24,000 bases of DNA from Salarchaeum japonicum. GTDB lineage: Archaea > Halobacteriota > Halobacteria > Halobacteriales > Halobacteriaceae. The notes under the pieces were generated by a model. That model saw only the letters and a program-made list of their open reading frames with translations. It was not told the origin of the DNA and did no database searches. The position numbers and the translations under genes are program-made. Location: NCBI RefSeq assembly GCF_049705945.1, contig NZ_JBNAMV010000004.1:831097-855096 (forward strand), given 5' to 3'. Shown here piece after piece: positions 15,688 through 21,874 of this stretch (position 1 is the first letter of the stretch; each line of letters starts with the position of its first letter).

Positions 15688-16290
15688 ATGAGCGACTACG
15701 AACTTCCCGCGTTGCCGTACGATTACGACGCGCTCGAACCGGCGCTTAGCGAACAGGTACTCACCTGGCATCACGACACCCACCACCAGGGCTACGTCAA
15801 CGGCTGGAACTCCGCCGAAGAAACCCTTGAATCCAACCGCGAGGACGGCGACTTCTCCTCCTCCGCGGGCGCAATCCGGAACGTCACCCACAACGGCAGC
15901 GGTCACGTGCTCCACACGCTGTTCTGGGAGTCCATGAGCCCCGAGGGCGGCGACGAACCCGAAGGCGACCTCCGAGACCGAATCGAGGAAGACTTCGGCT
16001 CCTACGACGCCTGGAAGGGCGAGTTCGAGGCCGCGGCGTCCGCCGCCGGCGGCTGGGCGCTCCTCGTCTACGACAGCCACAGCCAGCAGCTCCGCAACGT
16101 CGTGGTCGACAAGCACGACCAGGGCGCGCTCTGGGGCAGCCACCCAATCCTCGCTCTCGACGTCTGGGAGCACTCCTACTACTACGACTACGGCCCCGAC
16201 CGCGGCGACTTCATCAGCAACTTCTTCGACGTCGTCGACTGGAACGAGCCCGCGAGCCGGTTCGCGGACGCCGTCGAGCGCTTCGAGTAA
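15688..16290 (+). CDS. sod: Mn/Fe superoxide dismutase, 200 aa
   Basis: MSDYELPALPYDYDALEP..SEQVLTWHHDTHHQGYVNGWN and DVWEHSYYYDYGPDRG match Halobacterium-type SOD nearly residue for residue. The metal ligands H, H, D, H are present. Confidence 0.95.
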   Translation: MSDYELPALPYDYDALEPALSEQVLTWHHDTHHQGYVNGWNSAEETLESNREDGDFSSSAGAIRNVTHNGSGHVLHTLFWESMSPEGGDEPEGDLRDRIEEDFGSYDAWKGEFEAAASAAGGWALLVYDSHSQQLRNVVVDKHDQGALWGSHPILALDVWEHSYYYDYGPDRGDFISNFFDVVDWNEPASRFADAVERFE

Positions 16291-16345
16291 GCGGACCACC
16301 GGTTCCACCCCGCGGTGACAGTCGGCCCACGGTTGGCACCTTTTC

Positions 16346-16363
16346 GGAACCCATCCGGGTTCC
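16346..16363 (+). terminator. 7-bp hairpin (GGAACCC-ATCC-GGGTTCC) just after a T4 run, 50 nt downstream of sod
   Basis: Perfect inverted repeat seen directly in the sequence. A function as terminator or processing site is only inferred. Confidence 0.25.
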
Positions 16364-16433
16364 ACCCGTCTCAACGAGTCGCGAAGCTACGCGTACGCGC
16401 AGCGAAAAGAACAGAAATAGAAATTAGCCGGTT

Positions 16434-16934
16434 TCAGTCGTCGAACGGGTCGTCCGTGACGGTTCCCCACTCGCCGCGGTAGAACGTGAGCGGATCCGCA
16501 CTCTCGGTTCGGACGGCGGCGTGTTCGGCGCGTCCGGCGTAGATAGTGTGGTCGCCGACGGTGAATGTGTCGTGGAGCGTGCAGTCGATCGTCGCGAGCG
16601 ACTCCTCGAAGAGTGGGGCGCCGGTGGCTTCGGTGGTCGTCGCTTCTTCGGTGAACGGGTCGCCGTCCTCGGTCATGCCGGCGAAGTGTTCGGCGAGGCC
16701 GCGCTGTTCGGTGGTAAGGACGTTGACGGCGTAACTGTCAGTGTCGGTCTCCTGGAGGATGCGGTGGGCTTCGGTTCCGTGGTCCAAGGAGACGAGGACG
16801 ACCGGCGGGTCGAGGCTGAGGCTGGCGAAGGCGTTGACGGTGATGCCGTGCGGGTCTTCGCCGGGCAGCGTGACGACGGTGACGCCCGTCGCGAAGTTCC
16901 CGAGGACGGTGCGGAAGGCGTCGGCGTCCACCAT
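16434..16934 (-). CDS. Flavin reductase-like (FMN-binding split-barrel) protein, about 166 aa
   Basis: FRTVLGNFATGVTVVT...GITVNAFASLSLDPPVVLVSL is the flavin reductase domain signature. The ATG is at 16934; an in-frame GTG sits one codon upstream at 16937. Confidence 0.8.
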   Translation of the reverse strand: MVDADAFRTVLGNFATGVTVVTLPGEDPHGITVNAFASLSLDPPVVLVSLDHGTEAHRILQETDTDSYAVNVLTTEQRGLAEHFAGMTEDGDPFTEEATTTEATGAPLFEESLATIDCTLHDTFTVGDHTIYAGRAEHAAVRTESADPLTFYRGEWGTVTDDPFDD

Positions 16935-17054
16935 CACACACCACCCCGGTTCGTCGCTGGTTCCGAGGCGGTGCGTGCGTGACGAGTCTGGTGCGTCATA
17001 CTCGAACAGTGGGTCGGGAGGGAGAAGAACGCTTTCTGCAGACGCGTACAGCAG

Positions 17055-18008
17055 TCAGTTGGAGAGGTGTTCGACGACCGCGGTGTCGGTGACGGTGACG
17101 TCGTCGTCGACGAGCACGCGGAGTTCGTCGCCCTCGCATTCGAGGGTGAGTTCGACCGTGAGCGGGTCTTCGGCGACGACTTCGGTGTGGCGGTCGCTCA
17201 CGCACCAGTCGAAGTGCCAGAAGGGTTCGGTATTGAGGTCGATGCCGCGCTCGGAGTGGAAGACGAGAACGTGCGCGTTGTCAAGGAGGGTGACGCCGAC
17301 GGTGGACTGAAGCTGGTAGCCACAGCGCGAGCAGACGTGGCGAACGGCGACGTCGAGGTCGTCGCGGTCGGGGTCGCGGACGAGGCTGGTGTCGACGCTG
17401 CCCGTGCATTCGGGGCAGACGCCGTCCGCTGCGAGGCAGTAGTGGTGGCGGACGTAGTGATGGAACGCCTGCATCAGGTCGTCGGTCGTCCGGTCGTCCA
17501 GTCCACCGGAGGGGAACGGATAGCTCACCTGGATGGTGCCGCACTCGGTGCAGCCGACGGTGAGCGTGTCGTCGACGTACCAGCCGTGCAGGCTTCCCGC
17601 GCAGTCGTAACACGACCCCGTGACGGGGAAGAACCCGAGTTGCGCGCGCTCCGTCAGCGTCCCCGTGAAGATCGAACTCACGACCTTCCGGCCGGGATAG
17701 CGGAACGCGTAGCCGTCCTCCGTCTGTTTCACGAAGTGGCCGGTGAGCTTCCGGAGGTGGTAGTTGAAGTTCGCGCTGTCCGCGATATCCACGCGTTCGA
17801 AGAGGTCCGTGAAACTCACGGGCTCCTCGTCCGCGCCGAGTTCGAGCAACGCCTGCAGGATGTCCACGCGCGTGTCGTTCCCCAGCACCGAAAACACGTC
17901 CGCGGGCGGAATGCGTTCCTCTGTCCGGGGCGTCGCCACACCGCCCTCGCCAGCGGCCTCACCCGCGCCGTCCGCGTCCTCGCGCGCGGACCGGTCGAAC
18001 TGACTCAT
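17055..18008 (-). CDS. Winged helix-turn-helix (ArsR-like) transcription regulator with a C-terminal domain carrying four CxxC motifs, 317 aa
   Basis: VFSVLGNDTRVDILQALLE...VSFTDLFERVDIADSANFNYHLRKLTGHFV is an ArsR/wHTH core. The C-terminal part has CYDC, CTEC, CPEC and CSRC. The start at MSQFDRS is supported by a TTTTAC box 27 nt upstream; an alternative ATG lies 9 nt further up. Confidence 0.7.
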   Translation of the reverse strand: MSQFDRSAREDADGAGEAAGEGGVATPRTEERIPPADVFSVLGNDTRVDILQALLELGADEEPVSFTDLFERVDIADSANFNYHLRKLTGHFVKQTEDGYAFRYPGRKVVSSIFTGTLTERAQLGFFPVTGSCYDCAGSLHGWYVDDTLTVGCTECGTIQVSYPFPSGGLDDRTTDDLMQAFHHYVRHHYCLAADGVCPECTGSVDTSLVRDPDRDDLDVAVRHVCSRCGYQLQSTVGVTLLDNAHVLVFHSERGIDLNTEPFWHFDWCVSDRHTEVVAEDPLTVELTLECEGDELRVLVDDDVTVTDTAVVEHLSN

Positions 18009-18032
18009 ACCACACATATGAACGACCGCGCG

Positions 18033-18038
18033 GTAAAA
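18033..18038 (-). promoter_or_regulatory. TATA-like box (TTTTAC on minus strand) 27 nt upstream of start 18008
   Basis: AT-rich hexamer at canonical spacing. Confidence 0.4.
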
Positions 18039-18363
18039 CGTATCGGGACCACTCATCGAACGCCAGCGACACCGCCATCGAACACGCGTGTCGAGTCGGA
18101 CGGAGGACGGCGGCCGGGACACGGGAGGATAACGCGACCCCCCTCAATCGTACGGGTGGGTTTGGCGGTGCACCCCTGCTGTCCGGTAAACGCCGAGGGA
18201 ATCACAAGCTCTCGCGACGGATAGTGGCTAACGGGCGGGGTTCTCTCCCACGCTCTCAGTAATTAAAAGCGCAGCGCCGACCAAACTCGTGAAGGTTTTC
18301 TGAAATCCGACATTCGGGCGTCAGACACTGTCAGGCGTGCGTCTATACAGGTATGGCAATGGC

Positions 18364-18370
18364 ATTTAAG
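18364..18370 (+). promoter_or_regulatory. TATA-like box ATTTAAG, candidate promoter of the pilin-like gene (implies a leader of about 100 nt)
   Basis: AT-rich heptamer. A second box (CACTATATGG, 18384-18393) and a third (TAATTAAAAG, near 18261-18270) also lie in the same 483-nt spacer. Confidence 0.3.
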
Positions 18371-18491
18371 ATGCTTTGGCTCCCACTATATGGTAAGCAC
18401 GCGGGAAAAACCACGACACCACCTGACCGCCACCGGATTTTCCGGCCTACCTCACTATGGGTGTTGTGGTGCTCTCGGTGCACACCCAATC

Positions 18492-19019
18492 ATGAAACTC
18501 GAAATACCGTCCATAGACGCCGACGAACGTGGCGTCAGCCCCGTCATCGGAGTTATACTGATGGTCGCCATCACTGTCATCCTGGCAGCCGTCATCGGTG
18601 CGTTCGTCCTCAACCTCGGCAACGACATCCAGAACACCGCACCCACCGCATCCATCGGCGCCACTGACGCCGGTCAACAGCTGAATAGCACGGGTGATCA
18701 GACTGTCCTGTACATTAATCACCAGCAGGGCGATTCCATCAAGCAGTCCAACCTCCGTATCACGGTCAGTAACGAAAGCGGAGCCCAGATTGCGGACATC
18801 ACGTGGAACACCACCAAGGGAAGCTGGGACGCCGGTACCAACAGTAATCTGAACGTCTCTAGCGGCGCGCTGAGCGACAGTTCCTTCGATGCAGGGGACC
18901 AGCTCACCCTCAAAGAAGTGTCGGGCACTAACGTGACCGCGGGGCAGACGCTCACCGTGCAGATTATCGACACGGAATCCGGTTCGACCGTCGCGACGCC
19001 GACCGTCCGCGTCGAATAA
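18492..19019 (+). CDS. Archaeal type IV pilin-like protein (class III signal peptide, PilA-type hydrophobic domain), 175 aa
   Basis: MKLEIPSIDADERG/VSPVIGVILMVAITVILAAVIGAFVLNLG is the conserved haloarchaeal pilin N-terminus. Five N-X-S/T sequons. GC is lower than in the flanks. Confidence 0.8.
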   Translation: MKLEIPSIDADERGVSPVIGVILMVAITVILAAVIGAFVLNLGNDIQNTAPTASIGATDAGQQLNSTGDQTVLYINHQQGDSIKQSNLRITVSNESGAQIADITWNTTKGSWDAGTNSNLNVSSGALSDSSFDAGDQLTLKEVSGTNVTAGQTLTVQIIDTESGSTVATPTVRVE

Positions 19020-19038
19020 CCCGATTTACACCGTCGCC

Positions 19039-19046
19039 TTTCTTTC
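19039..19046 (+). terminator. Oligo-T terminator candidate (CCTTTCTTTCG) 19 nt after the pilin stop
   Basis: Same TTTCTTTC 8-mer as after the archaellin and ArlG-like genes. Confidence 0.35.
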
Positions 19047-19168
19047 GTACACAACACGCGAGAGCCGCCGCCTCGGAGCTGCTCTCCTCGAAACGCGTAA
19101 ACGAATAAACTTTAGAGAGAGAGTTACGGCTATGGAGGGGTTTCACTAGGAAACGGGCGTGAATCGGA

Positions 19169-19243
19169 TGGGCCCTGGCGGATTTGAACCACCGCTCACC
19201 CGGTTATGAGCCGGGCGCTTTAACCAGACTAAGCTAAGGGCCC
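19169..19243 (-). tRNA. tRNA with anticodon CAT (elongator Met, or Ile2 if C34 is agmatinylated), 75 nt, no intron, CCA not encoded
   Basis: Hand-folded cloverleaf: acceptor GGGCCCT/AGGGCCC, D stem GCTT/AAGC, anticodon stem CCCGG/CCGGG with loop CTCATAA, T arm GGTGG-TTCAAAT-CCGCC, discriminator A. It is not an initiator, which would need A1:U72 and three G:C pairs next to the loop. Confidence 0.85.
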
Positions 19244-19270
19244 TCGCGTCTACGTAACCGAGTCCGCGAC

Positions 19271-19276
19271 TTTAGA
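19271..19276 (-). promoter_or_regulatory. TATA-like box (TCTAAA on minus strand) about 30 nt upstream of the tRNA(CAT) 5' end
   Basis: AT-rich hexamer at canonical spacing. Confidence 0.4.
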
Positions 19277-19350
19277 CTACCGGGACGCGGCGAGCCGACG
19301 CTGCCGGCGATTGCGGGGTTTGCGGGCCGATATCCACAAGCGTGTCCGTG

Positions 19351-19367
19351 GAAACGTCCGGACGGAG
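19351..19367 (-). repeat. 17-nt exact copy of the tRNA-Arg 3' end (last 13 nt of the tRNA plus 4 nt of trailer)
   Basis: gaaacgtccggacggag occurs at 19351-19367 and again at 19455-19471, overlapping tRNA-Arg positions 61-73. Confidence 0.8.
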
Positions 19368-19458
19368 TCCCCGCGAGCCAGCGGCGAGCGGGGGCAGGCC
19401 GGGCGTTTCGAACGAGCGAACGGCGAGCGGGACGCTCGCCGTGTAGCGATGTGAGAAA

Positions 19459-19531
19459 CGTCCGGACGGAGATTTGAACTCCGGTCCCTGGCTCCGCAAG
19501 CCAAGAGGATAGTCCACTACCCTACCCGGAC
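19459..19531 (-). tRNA. tRNA-Arg (anticodon GCG), 73 nt, no intron, CCA not encoded
   Basis: Hand-folded: acceptor GTCCGGG/TCCGGAC, anticodon stem TTGGC/GCCAG with loop TTGCGGA (U33, GCG, G37), T arm CGGAG-TTCAAAT-CTCCG, discriminator G. Confidence 0.85.
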
Positions 19532-19554
19532 TCATCTATCTGTAGCGTGGTGGT

Positions 19555-19562
19555 ATGTAAAG
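19555..19562 (-). promoter_or_regulatory. TATA-like box (CTTTACAT on minus strand) about 27 nt upstream of the tRNA-Arg 5' end
   Basis: AT-rich element at canonical spacing. Confidence 0.4.
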
Positions 19563-19681
19563 CGGTTACGATTCGGCGGTCGGGGTGTGAGGGTTCTTGT
19601 GTGATGGCGGGGGAGTCGTGGGTATGGATTGCTGGGTGAGCGTTCGGGAGAGGGCGTCGGTGTGTGGTGGAGAGGACAATG

Positions 19682-19687
19682 TTTATG
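19682..19687 (+). promoter_or_regulatory. TATA-like box TTTATG about 34 nt upstream of the RPA start
   Basis: AT-rich hexamer at the expected spacing. Confidence 0.4.
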
Positions 19688-19717
19688 CGCGGGACTCACG
19701 TGGCTTGATTCACGATT

Positions 19718-21112
19718 ATGGGCGCTATTGAGGAGACGTACGAGGACCTCGACACGGACGTTTCCCTGGAGGAGTTTCGGGAGGCGGTGGAGGCGAAGGT
19801 GGAGCAGATGGGGGGGTTGGCGGACGAGGAGACGGCGGCGATGTTGCTCGCCCACGAGTTAGACGAGGGGGAGGTGAACGGTATCGCGGATATCGAGCCG
19901 GAGATGGAGGAGGTGAAGTTTCTGGCGAAAGTGACGAGCGTGGGGGAGGTGCGGACGTTCGACCGCGACGAGGAGGACGAGGACGGTCGCGTGTTGAACG
20001 TGGATGTGGCGGACGAGTCCGGGTCGGTGCGGGTGTCGTTCTGGGACGAGCAGGCCGCAGCGGCGACGGACGAACTCGAACCCGGCCAGGTGTTGCGTAT
20101 CAAGGGTCGGCCGAAGGACGGCTACAACGGCGTCGAGGTGAACGTCTCCCAGGTCGAGGTGGACGAGGACGAGGAAATCGACGTGCAGGTCGTGGACACG
20201 TATCGCGTGGAGGACTTGACGATGGGCGCGTCTGACGTGGACCTCGTGGGGGAGGTCCTGTCGACGGATGACGTGCGGACGTTCAGTCGCGACGACGGGT
20301 CGGAGGGGAAGGTGTCGAACTTGCTCGTGGGCGACGAGACGGGGCGCGTGCGGGTGACGCTCTGGGACGAACAGGCCGACCTCGCGGACGAGTTCGCGGC
20401 GGGCGAGATTGTGGAGATAACGGACGGGTACGTGCGGGAGCGCGACGGGTCGCTCGAACTGCACGTCGGGAACCGCGGGCGCGTCGAGACCGTGGACGAG
20501 GACGTGTCGTTCGTGCCGGACGCGAAACCCATCGACGACCTCGAGCTGGACGAGACCGCGGACATCGCGGGCGTCGTGCGGTCGGTGGACGAAAAGCGGA
20601 CGTTCGACCGCGACGACGGCAGTGAGGGCCAAGTGCGGAACGTTCGCCTGCAGGACCAGTCGGGCGACATCCGGGTGGCGCTCTGGGGCGAGAAGGCGGA
20701 CCTCGACATCGGACCAGGTGACGAACTCCTGTTCACGGACGTAGACGTACAGGACGGCTGGCAGGACGACCTCGAAGCGTCCGCTGGCTGGCAGTCCACG
20801 GTCATCGCGCTAGACGACGGCGCGGCGACCGAGTCGGAATCCGAGTCCGCGGGCGCGGACCTCTCCTCGTTCGAGGACGGCACCAGTCCCGATACGTCCT
20901 CTTCAACCGAGGAGGCGGAGGAGGAAGCGTCCGCGGGCGGTGAGGACGTGGAGTTCACGGGCGTTGTCGTGCAGGCGGGGTCGCCCGTGATTCTGGACGA
21001 CGGCGAAGAGACGATGAGCGTCGACACCGAGACGGACGTGACGCTCGGAGAGGAAGTCACGGTGCGCGGAACGCTCCGCGACGGCACGCTAGACGCCGAA
21101 GACGTGCGTTAG
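19718..21112 (+). CDS. Replication protein A / single-stranded DNA-binding protein with three tandem OB folds plus a C-terminal OB-like domain (RpaC/RPA2 type), 464 aa
   Basis: Three internal repeats each have the pattern V(R/K)TF.RD(D/E)...G.V.N..(V/L).D.(S/T)G..RV..W.E.A. The N-terminus is the typical helical MGAIEETYEDL...AAMLLAHEL. There is no cysteine anywhere, hence no Zn finger. Confidence 0.85.
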   Translation: MGAIEETYEDLDTDVSLEEFREAVEAKVEQMGGLADEETAAMLLAHELDEGEVNGIADIEPEMEEVKFLAKVTSVGEVRTFDRDEEDEDGRVLNVDVADESGSVRVSFWDEQAAAATDELEPGQVLRIKGRPKDGYNGVEVNVSQVEVDEDEEIDVQVVDTYRVEDLTMGASDVDLVGEVLSTDDVRTFSRDDGSEGKVSNLLVGDETGRVRVTLWDEQADLADEFAAGEIVEITDGYVRERDGSLELHVGNRGRVETVDEDVSFVPDAKPIDDLELDETADIAGVVRSVDEKRTFDRDDGSEGQVRNVRLQDQSGDIRVALWGEKADLDIGPGDELLFTDVDVQDGWQDDLEASAGWQSTVIALDDGAATESESESAGADLSSFEDGTSPDTSSSTEEAEEEASAGGEDVEFTGVVVQAGSPVILDDGEETMSVDTETDVTLGEEVTVRGTLRDGTLDAEDVR

Positions 21113-21339
21113 TCGTCGTAGGGTTCGTCGTCCCGGAAGTTATCGGGGTTTCGCTCCTCTTTGGCGTCCTCGTGGCGCGCTTCGTCCTCGTGGTCGAGTT
21201 CCTCCCGAATTCGTTCTTCCTCGTACTCCTCGTCGGCGGCGCGGCGTTCCTCGACGGCTTCTTCGGCCTGTTCTTCGTTCGCCTCTACTTCCTGCTCCGC
21301 GATGTCGTCGGCGTTCGACTGGTGTGGGTTCTTCGCCAT
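21109..21339 (-). CDS. Hyperacidic small protein, 76 aa (about 43% Asp+Glu by my count)
   Basis: MAKNPHQSNADDIAEQEVEANEEQAEEAVEERRAADEEYEEERIREELDHEDEARHEDAKEERNPDNFRDDEPYDD. An AATAAC box lies 27 nt upstream. The rest of the 555-aa track ORF is antisense to the histone and HDAC genes. Confidence 0.5.
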   Translation of the reverse strand: MAKNPHQSNADDIAEQEVEANEEQAEEAVEERRAADEEYEEERIREELDHEDEARHEDAKEERNPDNFRDDEPYDD

Positions 21340-21363
21340 ATACGGGGATTCCGGCGCGCGCCT

Positions 21364-21369
21364 GTTATT
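21364..21369 (-). promoter_or_regulatory. TATA-like box (AATAAC on minus strand) 27 nt upstream of start 21339
   Basis: AT-rich hexamer at canonical spacing. Confidence 0.35.
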
Positions 21370-21405
21370 CGTGATGGCGGAACGGTGTGCGAGACGCGCC
21401 CACAC

Positions 21406-21418
21406 GATAAGTGTTAAG
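21406..21418 (+). promoter_or_regulatory. TATA-like region GATAAGTGTTAAG 28-35 nt upstream of the histone start
   Basis: Two overlapping AT-rich hexamers at the expected spacing. Confidence 0.4.
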
Positions 21419-21442
21419 AGAGAGACTGCCCCGTAGTTGGGT

Positions 21443-21874
21443 ATGAGCGTCGAACTCCCGTTCGCGCCGGTGGACGATATCATTCGGCGGCACGCGGGCG
21501 ACTTGCGGGTGAGCGCCGACGCGGCAGAGGAACTCGCGCGACGCATCCAGAACCACGGCGCGGCGGTGGCGGCGACCGCTGCCGAGCGCGCCGACACCGA
21601 CGGCCGGAAGACGCTGATGGCGGCTGATTTCAGCGTCGAGAACGTGACGGACCGGGAGTCGCTCGCGCTTCCGGTCGCTCCCATCGATCGTATCGCGCGA
21701 CTCGACATCCCCGACGAGTACCGGGTGTCGGAGGACGCGCGACTCGCGCTCGCCGCACGCTTGGAGGAGTACGCGGCGGACGCGGCGGCGGGAGCGGCGA
21801 TACTGGCGGAGCACGCGGGACGACGTACTGTGCAGGCAGAGGACGTCGAGACGTACTTCGAGCTCGTGGAATGA
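21443..21874 (+). CDS. hpyA: Archaeal histone, tandem-doublet (two fused histone folds), 143 aa
   Basis: Both halves resemble HMf-type histones: ELPFAPVDDIIRR...RVSADAAEELARRI...GRKTLMAADF and ALPVAPIDRIARL...RVSEDARLALAARLEEY...HAGRRTVQAEDVETYF. Fused doublet histones are characteristic of Halobacteria. Confidence 0.9.
   Translation: MSVELPFAPVDDIIRRHAGDLRVSADAAEELARRIQNHGAAVAATAAERADTDGRKTLMAADFSVENVTDRESLALPVAPIDRIARLDIPDEYRVSEDARLALAARLEEYAADAAAGAAILAEHAGRRTVQAEDVETYFELVE

Noticed and set aside
15654-17004. Shared 9-mer TCATACTCG upstream of sod (15654-15662) and in the spacer at 16996-17004
   Set aside because: A single 9-mer recurring once in 24 kb on both strands is within chance expectation (roughly 0.2). 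The second copy has no downstream plus-strand gene.
18390-18491. Longer pilin start at ATG 18390 (209-aa version from the ORF track)
   Set aside because: It would give a 47-aa pre-cleavage leader with a Cys-Cys pair and poor GC3. Pilin-type leaders are usually about 10-15 aa, and the ATTTAAG box would place the transcription start at or just past this ATG.
19244-19458. ORFs 19272-19535 and 19277-19504, and the idea of a complete integrated element between the two tRNAs
   Set aside because: The ORFs overlap tRNA-Arg and are Arg/Pro-rich. No integrase or other mobile-element gene is present, so only a scar-like repeat is reported.
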